From a virus (lineage: Duplodnaviria; Caudoviricetes), in IMG/VR virus record IMGVR_UViG_3300043567_000557, positions 1-38,941 of that record: a stretch of 38,941 nucleotides of DNA, one strand, 5' to 3'. The position numbers and the translations under genes were made by a program. Positions 7,716-16,348 of this stretch are shown here, in pieces. Under the pieces are notes generated by a model. The model saw only the letters and a list, made by a program, of their open reading frames with translations, was not told where the DNA came from and did not search any database. The stretch's first letter is position 1; every line of letters begins with the position of its first letter.

Positions 7716-9613
7716 GGTGATGAGTTTACCGTAGGAGCGGGCTTTTCGCGAGCGGTTCCGTCGTAGACCAATCCATCGCCATCTCGGTCAATTGGTCCCT
7801 GATTGATGGTTCGACCTTCTTGGGTTAGACCCTTGCGATACTTTAGGTTCAAATCGGCTAAAAGGTCTTTACCTGCCCATGTGTACTCGGGCTTACCTAA
7901 ATCGTTTGTTCCCGATTGAGTTCTGCGACCATAGCCAATCATCGCGAAATCGTTAGGAATTGGGAAATTATCTTCTCTGATTTCTTTTACTGATGAGTAG
8001 CGAATACCTGACTCAGTAGATTCATAGTCATTAACTGCCCTACTCATAACAGCATCGAATTCTTCGCGTTCAGGAGTACCAAACTTTGCCACATCATAAA
8101 CTCCCGAACTGACCCGTCGGGCTATTTCTCTAATACTGCCATCAAGATACTGAGGATTAAAGTCGAATCCCGCTCTAGCCCAATGTCGAGCGCCATCCCA
8201 TGCTGTTCCAACATTGATTGCATCAATTTCCTTAGACACATAATATGCCTCTTGCTGGGCAAGGAACTTGCCTCCAAAGCCTGAGCCACGGTATTCATCA
8301 GCCATGCGTAGTAAGTCATGTTCCACAACTAAAATTTCATTACCATCATCATTTGTTTCTTTGTAGAAACTTCTCTGAAACTCTCCAGCAAAATTACCAT
8401 CTGAGTCAGTAACTTGACCTTGAATTACCAAGCGCTCGCCATCTCTATAAATATTAGTTGTTGATGAATCAAGAGTGGTCGTTACATTTCCAGCATTATC
8501 GGTAACATCATGGCTCATTCCATAAACCTCATCAAAGAAGCCATGTAAATCTTCAGGGTTAAATTCACCCCCGCCATTCTCTTCTTGCCACAATTGAGCA
8601 AGAGTTCCATCATCGCCATCGATAAATTCTTGAATCATCTCATCTTGAATTTTTTCGTACAAACGATTTCTTAATTCTTCATTGGCTTTGGCGTTAGCCT
8701 CTGCATCCTCGTACTCATACTTTGCCTCTTGAAAAGCCTCTTCGACTCTTTCATCAATTCCCTCAGTTGCTTGGTCATAAAGCCCTGAATCATTATTGAC
8801 CATCATTTCTAAATCTGAAGTATCAGGCTGTTCAGCATCAACTAATGCGTTCAAAATATCTTCTTTAGATGGACCCATCGTACTCATTTGGTCAATGAGT
8901 GCTTCATCTTCAGCAGAGATTCCACGCGCCCAATTACCATGGGTTGCTTGGTCATGCGTACCGTGCTTCAAGACAGGGATTAACCCCGCCTCAAAACGAA
9001 TTACTTTGAGGGCTTTTCCAATTTTGCCCAAAGTTGCTGGGCGTATTGTTCGATTTCCTCGTCCGTCATCTTCGAGATGTCGGGTAGTTGTACTACCTCG
9101 AGTTTTTCCGACATTACCTGTTCCTCCTGTTTCTATCTCAGCAAAGTTAGCGACATCCCAAATTGAGATTTGGTCGCGTTGAGCGCCGAGAGTTCTAGCA
9201 GTATCTACATCCTGAATGTTTTCAGATATGTCGAGATACACCTGTCCGTCGTCCTTATTATGCCATAAACCGAGGTAGTTTTTCCCCGTTGCAAGGTCGG
9301 ACTTATTTTTCTTCATGTAATCAGCAAGAATCTTTGGACCCTTTACTGGGTCATAGAAATCAGCCTCGCTCGCGATTGAACCGTATTGTGAGCCTTTAGC
9401 GACCATATACCCGCTAGTAGGTTCAGACCCATCTACCATGTTCACCGAGAGTCCACCATTGGCTTTAACGCGCTCTAGGATGCTTGAGGCGACGCCTTCT
9501 CCCATGCTGGCTCCAGTAGCCCAATTGCCATGAGTCTTTTGGTCGTGAGTTCCATGCTTTTCGATGACAAGTGATAATCCTTTAGGGGAGTCGTAGACAA
9601 AATTCTCAATCAT
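7712..9613 (-). CDS. Modular head-associated polyprotein: tagged unknown domain + tagged GNAT acetyltransferase-like domain
   Basis: GNAT motif A EYRGSGFG and GARHWARAGFDF; two KHGTHDQxTHGNWA tags; start re-assigned to ATG 9613 (GGAGG RBS). Confidence 0.7.
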   Translation of the reverse strand: MIENFVYDSPKGLSLVIEKHGTHDQKTHGNWATGASMGEGVASSILERVKANGGLSVNMVDGSEPTSGYMVAKGSQYGSIASEADFYDPVKGPKILADYMKKNKSDLATGKNYLGLWHNKDDGQVYLDISENIQDVDTARTLGAQRDQISIWDVANFAEIETGGTGNVGKTRGSTTTRHLEDDGRGNRTIRPATLGKIGKALKVIRFEAGLIPVLKHGTHDQATHGNWARGISAEDEALIDQMSTMGPSKEDILNALVDAEQPDTSDLEMMVNNDSGLYDQATEGIDERVEEAFQEAKYEYEDAEANAKANEELRNRLYEKIQDEMIQEFIDGDDGTLAQLWQEENGGGEFNPEDLHGFFDEVYGMSHDVTDNAGNVTTTLDSSTTNIYRDGERLVIQGQVTDSDGNFAGEFQRSFYKETNDDGNEILVVEHDLLRMADEYRGSGFGGKFLAQQEAYYVSKEIDAINVGTAWDGARHWARAGFDFNPQYLDGSIREIARRVSSGVYDVAKFGTPEREEFDAVMSRAVNDYESTESGIRYSSVKEIREDNFPIPNDFAMIGYGRRTQSGTNDLGKPEYTWAGKDLLADLNLKYRKGLTQEGRTINQGPIDRDGDGLVYDGTAREKPAPTVNSSP

Positions 9614-10583
9614 TGACGACCTCCACATCCCATACTTTTCCGCGCTGAGCGACCACTCTGAATTTACTGTTACGACCCATTAAGAATTCCGCCTCAGTCG
9701 TATCAGGAGTCCATCCATTCAAAGGCTCATGGTAGCCAGCAGGAAAGATTCCCTTCGTGCCAGCGGGTAATTTCATACGAAATACTAAACCATCGTAATA
9801 TGGTTGTGAACCACCAAATTGCTGAGCAACCCCAGCATCAATAGTTGTCGATGTATAGCCTTTATCTTGCCATGTATCGCCGACTTTTAGTTTGTCAAAG
9901 AAATCTAAACCATTTCCCTTAACTCCTCTGTAAGCAACTAATTCTTCAGAAAGAGCAGGTGCGGTTTCTATTGCTTTATCAAGCGAATCAATTGTTCCTT
10001 TATATCCATCATCACTTATTTGAGGGTCTCTTAAAGCCTCATTCATGTGATAACCACCAGCACTCTGATAGAAACTTATTGCCTGTGTGAATTCAGGATG
10101 AGCCAACTCGGTAAAACCTTTTAACCGTTGGCTAAATAGTTTCTCCATGAAATAAACTTCTCGTTCGGTCTCAGAACCAAATACTTTTACTTCATCTTTG
10201 TACCAGTCAGAAAGATTCTCGTAATTGCCTGAAGCCCAGTTTCCGTGGGTCTTTTGGTCATGGGAGCCATGCTTCAAAACTTCTTCTTCATCGCGAACAA
10301 AAGGAACATCATTAAATAAATTATGGAAAACAACTCCTAGGTCAGCGCCTTTTCTAACCACATGAGGTTCTATCATTTTGACCTCAATGACTGTAAATGT
10401 TTTTGGCTCTTGTCTAACCCAAGAATTAACTGTGATGTCTTGACCATCTTTAACTCCACTAGGCTGACGGTCATTTGTGTACTTTAGCGTGGCAGTTTCG
10501 ATTTTAGCAAAATTTCCAGTATTGGCTCCGTTTTTGATTATGTCATAACGGGCTTTTCCCTTTGGGTATCTACGCTGTCCCAA
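9606..10583 (-). CDS. VIP2/Alt-like ADP-ribosyltransferase module (probably the 3' half of one gene 9606..11377)
   Basis: Y...GYHMNEALR, VAYRG, DKGYTSTT, EAEFLMGR (R-S-ExE); preceded by KHGSHDQKTHGNWA; TTG start lacks an RBS. Confidence 0.8.
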   Translation of the reverse strand: MGQRRYPKGKARYDIIKNGANTGNFAKIETATLKYTNDRQPSGVKDGQDITVNSWVRQEPKTFTVIEVKMIEPHVVRKGADLGVVFHNLFNDVPFVRDEEEVLKHGSHDQKTHGNWASGNYENLSDWYKDEVKVFGSETEREVYFMEKLFSQRLKGFTELAHPEFTQAISFYQSAGGYHMNEALRDPQISDDGYKGTIDSLDKAIETAPALSEELVAYRGVKGNGLDFFDKLKVGDTWQDKGYTSTTIDAGVAQQFGGSQPYYDGLVFRMKLPAGTKGIFPAGYHEPLNGWTPDTTEAEFLMGRNSKFRVVAQRGKVWDVEVVND

Positions 10584-11377
10584 CTTAAATCATTCGGGTC
10601 TTGAATTCTGTATCCAGTTTGTCCGTCCCTTGATTCAAAAGTTCGAGCGTGAGTTGCTCTCCTAGACCAATAAGGGACAGTTACTTCAGACTTTCCAACT
10701 ACCTCAAATTTACCGCTAGTAATAGTTTCAAAGTCTGATGGGTACCAACTTTTTTCAGGATTGACTGATACTCCCTTTGCGCCTTCTTGAATTTTAAGAA
10801 TTACTTTTGTGTCATTAGGAGCGTATGACCTATCAACTGCATACCATTGAGCAACTCCAAGGGAGCGAGTTGTTGAAACCATAGGCATATCAATTGTGTC
10901 GCCTTCTTCAAGATTTGTGAACTTTTCAAGAAGCGCTCTCGACTGCTCATCACTTGCCGCGATACCTCGATACAAAGTTGGTTGTGGTCGTCCATTGGCA
11001 ATTGCATTAAGAACTGCTTCAGTTTGTTTTCTTACCGTTTCAGTAGAAGAACCGCCGAATCCACGCTGAGTTAAATAATGCTCAGAGCCACCAACATCTT
11101 TGTCACTTTTGGGTACTGGTAAACCAAGCATCTCCCCTGCATATTGACGGTATAAATCTACAAATTGGTCGCCATCAACTCCATGTTCCCAGTTATCCCA
11201 AAACTTTTCAGTAGTTCCTGTTGCATTACGGGGAGCATCAGGAACTTTATCTTTTGGGTTCCAATTAGTTAATTCTGTTGTAACACCTTTTGCCCAATTG
11301 CCGTGACTAGATTGGTCGTGTTCTTGATGTTTTACAACAGGTCGAAGCCCAGCCTCAAATTTAATTGTCAGACTCAT
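10538..11377 (-). CDS. Divergent ADP-ribosyltransferase-fold module with N-terminal tag (5' half of split gene)
   Basis: TLYRG, MVSTTRS, ILKIQEGAKG, DFETITSGKFEV; KHQEHDQSSHGNWA at residues 15-28. Confidence 0.65.
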   Translation of the reverse strand: MSLTIKFEAGLRPVVKHQEHDQSSHGNWAKGVTTELTNWNPKDKVPDAPRNATGTTEKFWDNWEHGVDGDQFVDLYRQYAGEMLGLPVPKSDKDVGGSEHYLTQRGFGGSSTETVRKQTEAVLNAIANGRPQPTLYRGIAASDEQSRALLEKFTNLEEGDTIDMPMVSTTRSLGVAQWYAVDRSYAPNDTKVILKIQEGAKGVSVNPEKSWYPSDFETITSGKFEVVGKSEVTVPYWSRRATHARTFESRDGQTGYRIQDPNDLSWDSVDTQREKPVMT

Positions 11378-12381
11378 AATGTTCTCTCAGGTGGAACTAT
11401 GACCATCGCACAACGGCAGTTAGGGTGAACAACTGGTTTTTCAAGACCAATAGAAAATAAACCATTCCAAGGAACAATTTCACCATTCAAAGGAGCGCAT
11501 ATATCGCAAGTACGCTCATCTAGGGCTGTCACCCACATCTTCATTGCTTGAGGGTCTACAAATCCCGCTTCGTTGGCTTGCTTCCAGCCCTCGTAACGAC
11601 CTTCGTTCTGTGCAATCTGAATCTCTGTGCGAGCAATCATGGTTGCTCTTTTGCTCTTTAACTGGTCTGCATATCGTGATGCTCGAGCCTGTGCATTGCG
11701 TCGAGCAGTAGCCTCTTTTTGACCTGCTCGCATAAGACGGGCAATCTCAGCCTTTTCATACTTGATAACTGCATCTGCCCACTTTGGATGAAGTCCAACA
11801 ATATTTTTAATTCGCTGTGCTGTTGCTCGAACATCTATCTGCTCATTGAATGAATCGGTAATAATCTTTCGGATGGCGATACGAGTTAATTCATCAATGC
11901 TCTGAATCAACTCACCAGCGCGAGTAGATGCAAAGGCTAAAGAGTTTGGGTTTGTCTTATTAAAAGACATTGAGAAATCAACTTTGGCAGGTGTAGGTCT
12001 TGCCCAATTAGGAACTTGAGTAAAATCCATGTTCGCCATTGGAGACTTGTTTGTAATCTTTACTGGCTTAGGTATAAATGCAGGAAGGGCTAACTTCGGA
12101 GCAATAGATTGAATCTGTTGGATGGCTTCAGTACCACCCATATCAATTGACTCTAAAAGAGTTTGTTCGATATTACGGCGATTGCCACCAACTGAAATGG
12201 CATTGAGCAAACGGTTGAGAGAATCAGGGTCGAGGCGCTCGATGATACGAGCCAACTCTTCAACCTTAATCTTGTCTGTTGCTTTACGGATTGCATCATA
12301 AAGAACTCTCGCTAATGCTTGCTCTTCGGCTGTTAGCGGATTCCGACGAGGAGCATCTGCCTTTCGAAATTTGAATGGCAT
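11374..12381 (-). CDS. MuF-family head morphogenesis (minor capsid) protein
   Basis: MIARTE, KMWVTALDERTCDIC, HPNCRC motifs; immediately after portal. Confidence 0.9.
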   Translation of the reverse strand: MPFKFRKADAPRRNPLTAEEQALARVLYDAIRKATDKIKVEELARIIERLDPDSLNRLLNAISVGGNRRNIEQTLLESIDMGGTEAIQQIQSIAPKLALPAFIPKPVKITNKSPMANMDFTQVPNWARPTPAKVDFSMSFNKTNPNSLAFASTRAGELIQSIDELTRIAIRKIITDSFNEQIDVRATAQRIKNIVGLHPKWADAVIKYEKAEIARLMRAGQKEATARRNAQARASRYADQLKSKRATMIARTEIQIAQNEGRYEGWKQANEAGFVDPQAMKMWVTALDERTCDICAPLNGEIVPWNGLFSIGLEKPVVHPNCRCAMVIVPPERTL

Positions 12382-12384
12382 TGC

Positions 12385-13806
12385 TTACTCCTCATCGCCG
12401 ACAAACGGTTCCGTTCCTTCGGGAATATCTAATCCTAATTCGCCAGGCTCAAGAGGCTCTTCTGTACCTTGAGGCGCAACATCGCCTTCAGGCATTGGAG
12501 GCATACCGTAATTAGCACCATCGTGTTCAGCAGGTGGAAGTCCAGCCAACTCGCGTAGGTAATCTTCCAAGTTAGGGTCAGGCATCAAGACACCTGCTCC
12601 AGCCAACTTGCTTACGAAGTCTGAAATCTCGGTCAAATCAACATGGCTTACTTCACCATAAGTTAGATAAGGAGCGCGAGATGTATCCATGCCGTTTAAC
12701 TTTAATAGGCGAGGAATTGCGTACTGATTCATTACCTCGGCAATGTTTTTAGCAATTGAATCAACCGCCATTGACCATAAATCCATCTTTGATGTACCAA
12801 GTGCATATGAGCCAACTCGGTCTGAACCTAAAAGAATAAAGTCAGAAAGAATTGACATAGACATACGCTGGTCATAGCGCTGAATAATCTTGTCTGTGTC
12901 GAACTGGCGTGAACCGCCTGATGACATTAACTGAAGGTCGAATAACTTATGCCCTGCATCATCGTAGATAGATGGCATAACAATGCCCTCTTGCTCATTA
13001 CGCTTGATAGAGGTGACAATCTGTTGAATGGATGCAAGAACCGCTTGCTGTTCAGCGGTAGCCGCAGAAGATAAATACTCAGGTGGTACAAATGCAACTG
13101 GCAAACCTGCTAAGTCGCGCTCAATACCAATGGCTTCAATTTCTTCAATACGACGCTTGAAGTACCAAGGACGGTATGCGTTACGAAGAATTGAGCGACC
13201 TTCAGGGTTATTCTTTTGTGAAGATGTACGGAATAGCAAAGCCTTCTCAATTGGAATCTGATGGAATCCACCGTTTGATGGGTCCATCTGAGAGAAACCT
13301 TGAATACCGCCGTCCTCATCAAAACTCCATTGGAACAAAGTTTCTTGAGCGCGAATAGGCATCTTGCGCCAACCGATTTTTCCATCATTAAACTTAGAGC
13401 GGGTCTTAGCATCGTTAGTATCGCCACCACGCTTTTTGTAAACAATCTCATGGTATGAATAACCAAAGATAAGCATTGAAAGCATTTGAGATAAAGTTGA
13501 ATCCCAAGAATCTGACATATCATGCAAGCAAGACTCTACGAATTCAGCCGTCTCTTTATCTTGTGGAGTTACATCACCATCGGCAGAATTATCTGAATAT
13601 GGGTCTACACGCCATTCAAGACGAGTAACAACTTTTTCGATAGCAAAGAGCATTGAACCGATAGTTGGGTCATTGTCAGACATCTCGCGATAAATGCGAG
13701 CGCCTCTTTGACCACGAAGGTTCGTGAGAAATTCTTCATAAACTGTTCCACCCGAACGGCGTAAACCAGTAGAACCAAGTTCTTGAAGGTCAGGTCTTTC
13801 TGCCAT
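12385..13806 (-). CDS. Portal protein (DUF935/Mu gp29-like)
   Basis: 473 aa, NPEGRSILRNAY.PW..K, EAIGIERDLAGLP motifs; upstream of MuF. Confidence 0.85.
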   Translation of the reverse strand: MAERPDLQELGSTGLRRSGGTVYEEFLTNLRGQRGARIYREMSDNDPTIGSMLFAIEKVVTRLEWRVDPYSDNSADGDVTPQDKETAEFVESCLHDMSDSWDSTLSQMLSMLIFGYSYHEIVYKKRGGDTNDAKTRSKFNDGKIGWRKMPIRAQETLFQWSFDEDGGIQGFSQMDPSNGGFHQIPIEKALLFRTSSQKNNPEGRSILRNAYRPWYFKRRIEEIEAIGIERDLAGLPVAFVPPEYLSSAATAEQQAVLASIQQIVTSIKRNEQEGIVMPSIYDDAGHKLFDLQLMSSGGSRQFDTDKIIQRYDQRMSMSILSDFILLGSDRVGSYALGTSKMDLWSMAVDSIAKNIAEVMNQYAIPRLLKLNGMDTSRAPYLTYGEVSHVDLTEISDFVSKLAGAGVLMPDPNLEDYLRELAGLPPAEHDGANYGMPPMPEGDVAPQGTEEPLEPGELGLDIPEGTEPFVGDEE

Positions 13807-13819
13807 GTTTGCCTCTCAC

Positions 13820-13975
13820 TTACTCTTTGCTGGCTAATCCAACGACAATTCTAATTGCCTGTTCTTCATCGAAACCAGCCTTTTTCAACTCCATGAATAA
13901 TTCATGTGACTGAATAGCAAATGCTCCTAGAACAGACACGACTCCATCACCATTGGGAGTAAAGTCGTTATACAC
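13820..13975 (-). CDS. Small hypothetical protein (51 aa), probably leaderless
   Basis: Manual: GTG start 6 nt after TATAAT; MYNDFTPNGDGVVSVLGAFAIQSHELFMELKKAGFDEEQAIRIVVGLASKE*. Confidence 0.6.
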   Translation of the reverse strand: MYNDFTPNGDGVVSVLGAFAIQSHELFMELKKAGFDEEQAIRIVVGLASKE

Positions 13976-14008
13976 CCGATGATTATAGCGCGAGTGAAAT
14001 TTAGGCTT

Positions 14009-14308
14009 TTATTCTCCGTCTAGGACAAATTCAAAAGAGTTAAGACGGAAAGTTGCAGTTTCCATTGCAAACTTTCGAGCCAAGTCTTTTGTTCCAGCCT
14101 GTGCATACTCACGCTCTTCAAGTAATCCACCAATCGCATCGAAGCGCTTGAAGATAATTTTGAATGGTAATTCAGTCTCGCTAGTGGTCAAATGAATTTC
14201 CACATACTCTTTCGGAGCAATCTCCATAGAAACATATGGGCGACCTTCAGGTGACACAACAGTTTTACCGTTTGGCAATGTGCCAACGAAAAAATCAGTC
14301 CAAGCCAT
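14009..14308 (-). CDS. Hypothetical protein
   Basis: 99-aa ORF with AAGGGGG RBS. Confidence 0.6.
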   Translation of the reverse strand: MAWTDFFVGTLPNGKTVVSPEGRPYVSMEIAPKEYVEIHLTTSETELPFKIIFKRFDAIGGLLEEREYAQAGTKDLARKFAMETATFRLNSFEFVLDGE

Positions 14309-14355
14309 TTCTTACCCCCTTCAGGATAATATCAACCCCTAGCATACAACATGGG

Positions 14356-14802
14356 TTAGAAAGGTGGCGCATCTTGAGCAAGTGGCGCACTCCATGGGTC
14401 GAACTCTGATACAGCGCTTGGTGGGTTATATGAGGCATCTGAGCGCTCAATTACTGGCACCGAGTATGTGTGACGCTTGAGGTCTGCTCCGACATTCCAT
14501 GCAGTAACCGTAATCTTTGAGCGCTTTTGCCCTGTGTTCTTATCATCCCAAGACTCTTGAACTGCCGTCCCTGAGACGATTACTGCAACTCCCTTACGGA
14601 GTGAATCGGCGACATTCTCAGCGGTCTTACCCCATACCTTGATGTCCCAAAAAGTTGTATCTGTATTTTCCCAAGTTCCGTCAGGCTTCTTGGATGACTT
14701 TGATGAAACTACTGTGAAAGTTGCTAATGCCTTAGCGTTCTGTGTGAACTTAAGTTCAGGGTCAGCAACTAGGTTTCCTGTGATTGTGATTGGTGCGCTC
14801 AT
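14356..14802 (-). CDS. ssb: Single-stranded DNA-binding protein, actinobacterial type
   Basis: ITITGNLVADPELKFT, WGKTAENVADSL.KG, C-terminal DPW...APPF. Confidence 0.92.
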   Translation of the reverse strand: MSAPITITGNLVADPELKFTQNAKALATFTVVSSKSSKKPDGTWENTDTTFWDIKVWGKTAENVADSLRKGVAVIVSGTAVQESWDDKNTGQKRSKITVTAWNVGADLKRHTYSVPVIERSDASYNPPSAVSEFDPWSAPLAQDAPPF

Positions 14803-15062
14803 GCTATGTGTCTCTCATTCGTGATTGGTTTGGCTATTATGTTTAGTTGTTTTCTTATTCTTTCGCGTTCTTTAGTTGATGTTCCGCCCCAAATACCGCT
14901 TACTCTGTAATGTAGAGCATAGGTCAGACAATCTTGCTTAACTATGCACCCACTACAAATCTTTTTTGCCTTTTTGTTTTCCTCCGTTACTGTGTTTGCT
15001 TCAGGAAAGAAAAAATCTGTATCAATCCCCCAGCAACTCGCTCCCTCGAAAGTCCATGGCAT
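14799..15062 (-). CDS. whiB: WhiB-family Fe-S transcription factor
   Basis: C-x21-CSGC-x4-DC with GIWGG turn and basic tail; start re-assigned to MPWTF. Confidence 0.88.
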   Translation of the reverse strand: MPWTFEGASCWGIDTDFFFPEANTVTEENKKAKKICSGCIVKQDCLTYALHYRVSGIWGGTSTKERERIRKQLNIIAKPITNERHIA

Positions 15063-15330
15063 CTTCAATCTCATCGTCTCCAACTTTTAATTGATTAGGG
15101 AAAGCATGGATTAACTTAGCCAAAACTTTTCCGTTACGCCATACCTTGCCTCCGCAAACTCCATCGAAGAAACTGGCTCTTGGTGCTACCCACTCATCGC
15201 AATTAGTCCAAAATGGACAGGTCTTACAAATATCAAGTGCAGGTCGAGCAAGGTCAATTTGATGTTGGTCAAATAACCACGGGTCTGAATTGCGACACGG
15301 GGCTTCATCAAGAAATGACACTAAACTCAT
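15022..15330 (-). CDS. whiB: Second, divergent WhiB-family protein
   Basis: APCRNSDPWLF, CKTCPFWTNC, GVCGG in place of GVWGG. Confidence 0.7.
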   Translation of the reverse strand: MSLVSFLDEAPCRNSDPWLFDQHQIDLARPALDICKTCPFWTNCDEWVAPRASFFDGVCGGKVWRNGKVLAKLIHAFPNQLKVGDDEIEDAMDFRGSELLGD

Positions 15331-15347
15331 GTTGTAATTGTGACAGA

Positions 15348-15488
15348 CTATTTACGAGATTTAGGGTAATCGACTCTTTCGCGTGTCGGATTTCCAAATC
15401 GTTCTTCAAGCAGTTTTTTCAAAAGGTCTTGTCGGTCTTGCTCAATCTTTTGGTTTGTCTGAATTATCTTTGAATCCAATGTCATCAT
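15348..15488 (-). CDS. Small hypothetical protein (46 aa)
   Basis: Manual: GGGAGG RBS, MMTLDSKIIQTNQKIEQDRQDLLKKLLEERFGNPTRERVDYPKSRK*; fills the gap. Confidence 0.4.
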   Translation of the reverse strand: MMTLDSKIIQTNQKIEQDRQDLLKKLLEERFGNPTRERVDYPKSRK

Positions 15489-15711
15489 CTGCCTCCCATG
15501 TTGCTAACGCGTGATGAACTAATCCCTTATGTCTCCAGTCAGGGTTATCATCATCAGCAAGTGTGAGCGTCCAATACTCTTTGTCACCCTCGCCCATCCA
15601 TTCAGATACCAAAACCCATCCCGTGCATATTGCAGGGTCTTGAAAGGCGATGCGCCCGATTTCGGCGAGCGCATCGTCAATCAATGAAGGTTTCTTGTTT
15701 TCCTCACTCAT
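15442..15711 (-). CDS. Hypothetical protein
   Basis: 89 aa, CTGWVLVSEW...PDWRHKGL; leaderless-type start. Confidence 0.65.
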   Translation of the reverse strand: MSEENKKPSLIDDALAEIGRIAFQDPAICTGWVLVSEWMGEGDKEYWTLTLADDDNPDWRHKGLVHHALATWEADDDIGFKDNSDKPKD

Positions 15712-15720
15712 GCGGTGAGG

Positions 15721-16179
15721 TTAGTACCAAAAATTTCTTTCCCAAAAACGCCACGCCGAGCAAGGTGACCCGTATCGAGATTCGACATAGACCAAGCCTC
15801 TTTCAATCTGACGCTCCACAGAAATATCGGGGTCTAATCCGAGAATCTGAGGAATCCCTCCAGCATGGAGTTTTTCTCCATTTTGGTATACGGGAGTTTT
15901 ATTGTAAGCATTAGGACGCCAGTTTGATTCCTTTGTCCACAAATCAATCAGACATTCCCATTGAATAGGAGTGTCCCAACCGAATTTAGGCAATTGAGTT
16001 TTGGCATAAACCTTTGATGCTTCAGGTGTGCGCTCGACTAATACAGGCACTTCCACAACTACTTCAACCGCTTGAGCAACTGGGTCAGGCGGAATGTGGA
16101 ACGGATTCAAAATGATGAATCCTAAAACGAGGATTCCTACTGGAATCGGTTTGGATAGAACTTTTTCATAGAATCGCAT
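15721..16179 (-). CDS. Membrane-anchored lytic transglycosylase (SLT/lysozyme-like)
   Basis: N-terminal TM; CLIDLWTKESNW (catalytic Glu), AGGIPQ, QIERGL.Y..SRYGSPCSAW. Confidence 0.8.
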   Translation of the reverse strand: MRFYEKVLSKPIPVGILVLGFIILNPFHIPPDPVAQAVEVVVEVPVLVERTPEASKVYAKTQLPKFGWDTPIQWECLIDLWTKESNWRPNAYNKTPVYQNGEKLHAGGIPQILGLDPDISVERQIERGLVYVESRYGSPCSAWRFWERNFWY

Positions 16180-16184
16180 ATTCC

Positions 16185-16292
16185 TCCATTGTTCGGAGCG
16201 AACTATTCGTCACTACTGGATGTAGCGCTTCCCTGTTGTCAGTATCGGACTGACCTCGCTTTTGAGGTGTAGGTGTTTTGCGAACCTGCATT
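16185..16292 (-). ncRNA. Candidate structured 5' leader RNA of transglycosylase gene
   Basis: Five consecutive hairpins between a TTGACA/TACCTT promoter-like pair and the GGAGG RBS. Confidence 0.4.
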
Positions 16293-16348
16293 AAAGGTAG
16301 CAGACTCTTCTGAATGATTGTCAAGGATATTTTTAACTAGAGTTGGGC

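Noticed and set aside
4166-11332. HDQxxHG repeats as a CRISPR array, DNA repeat or DGR template
   Set aside because: Copies are 0.6-2.2 kb apart, in frame and synonymously diverged; no cas or reverse transcriptase gene is present.
928-13523. Many antisense and alternative-frame ORFs over the structural genes
   Set aside because: Shadow ORFs of well-supported minus-strand genes; no RBS or motifs.
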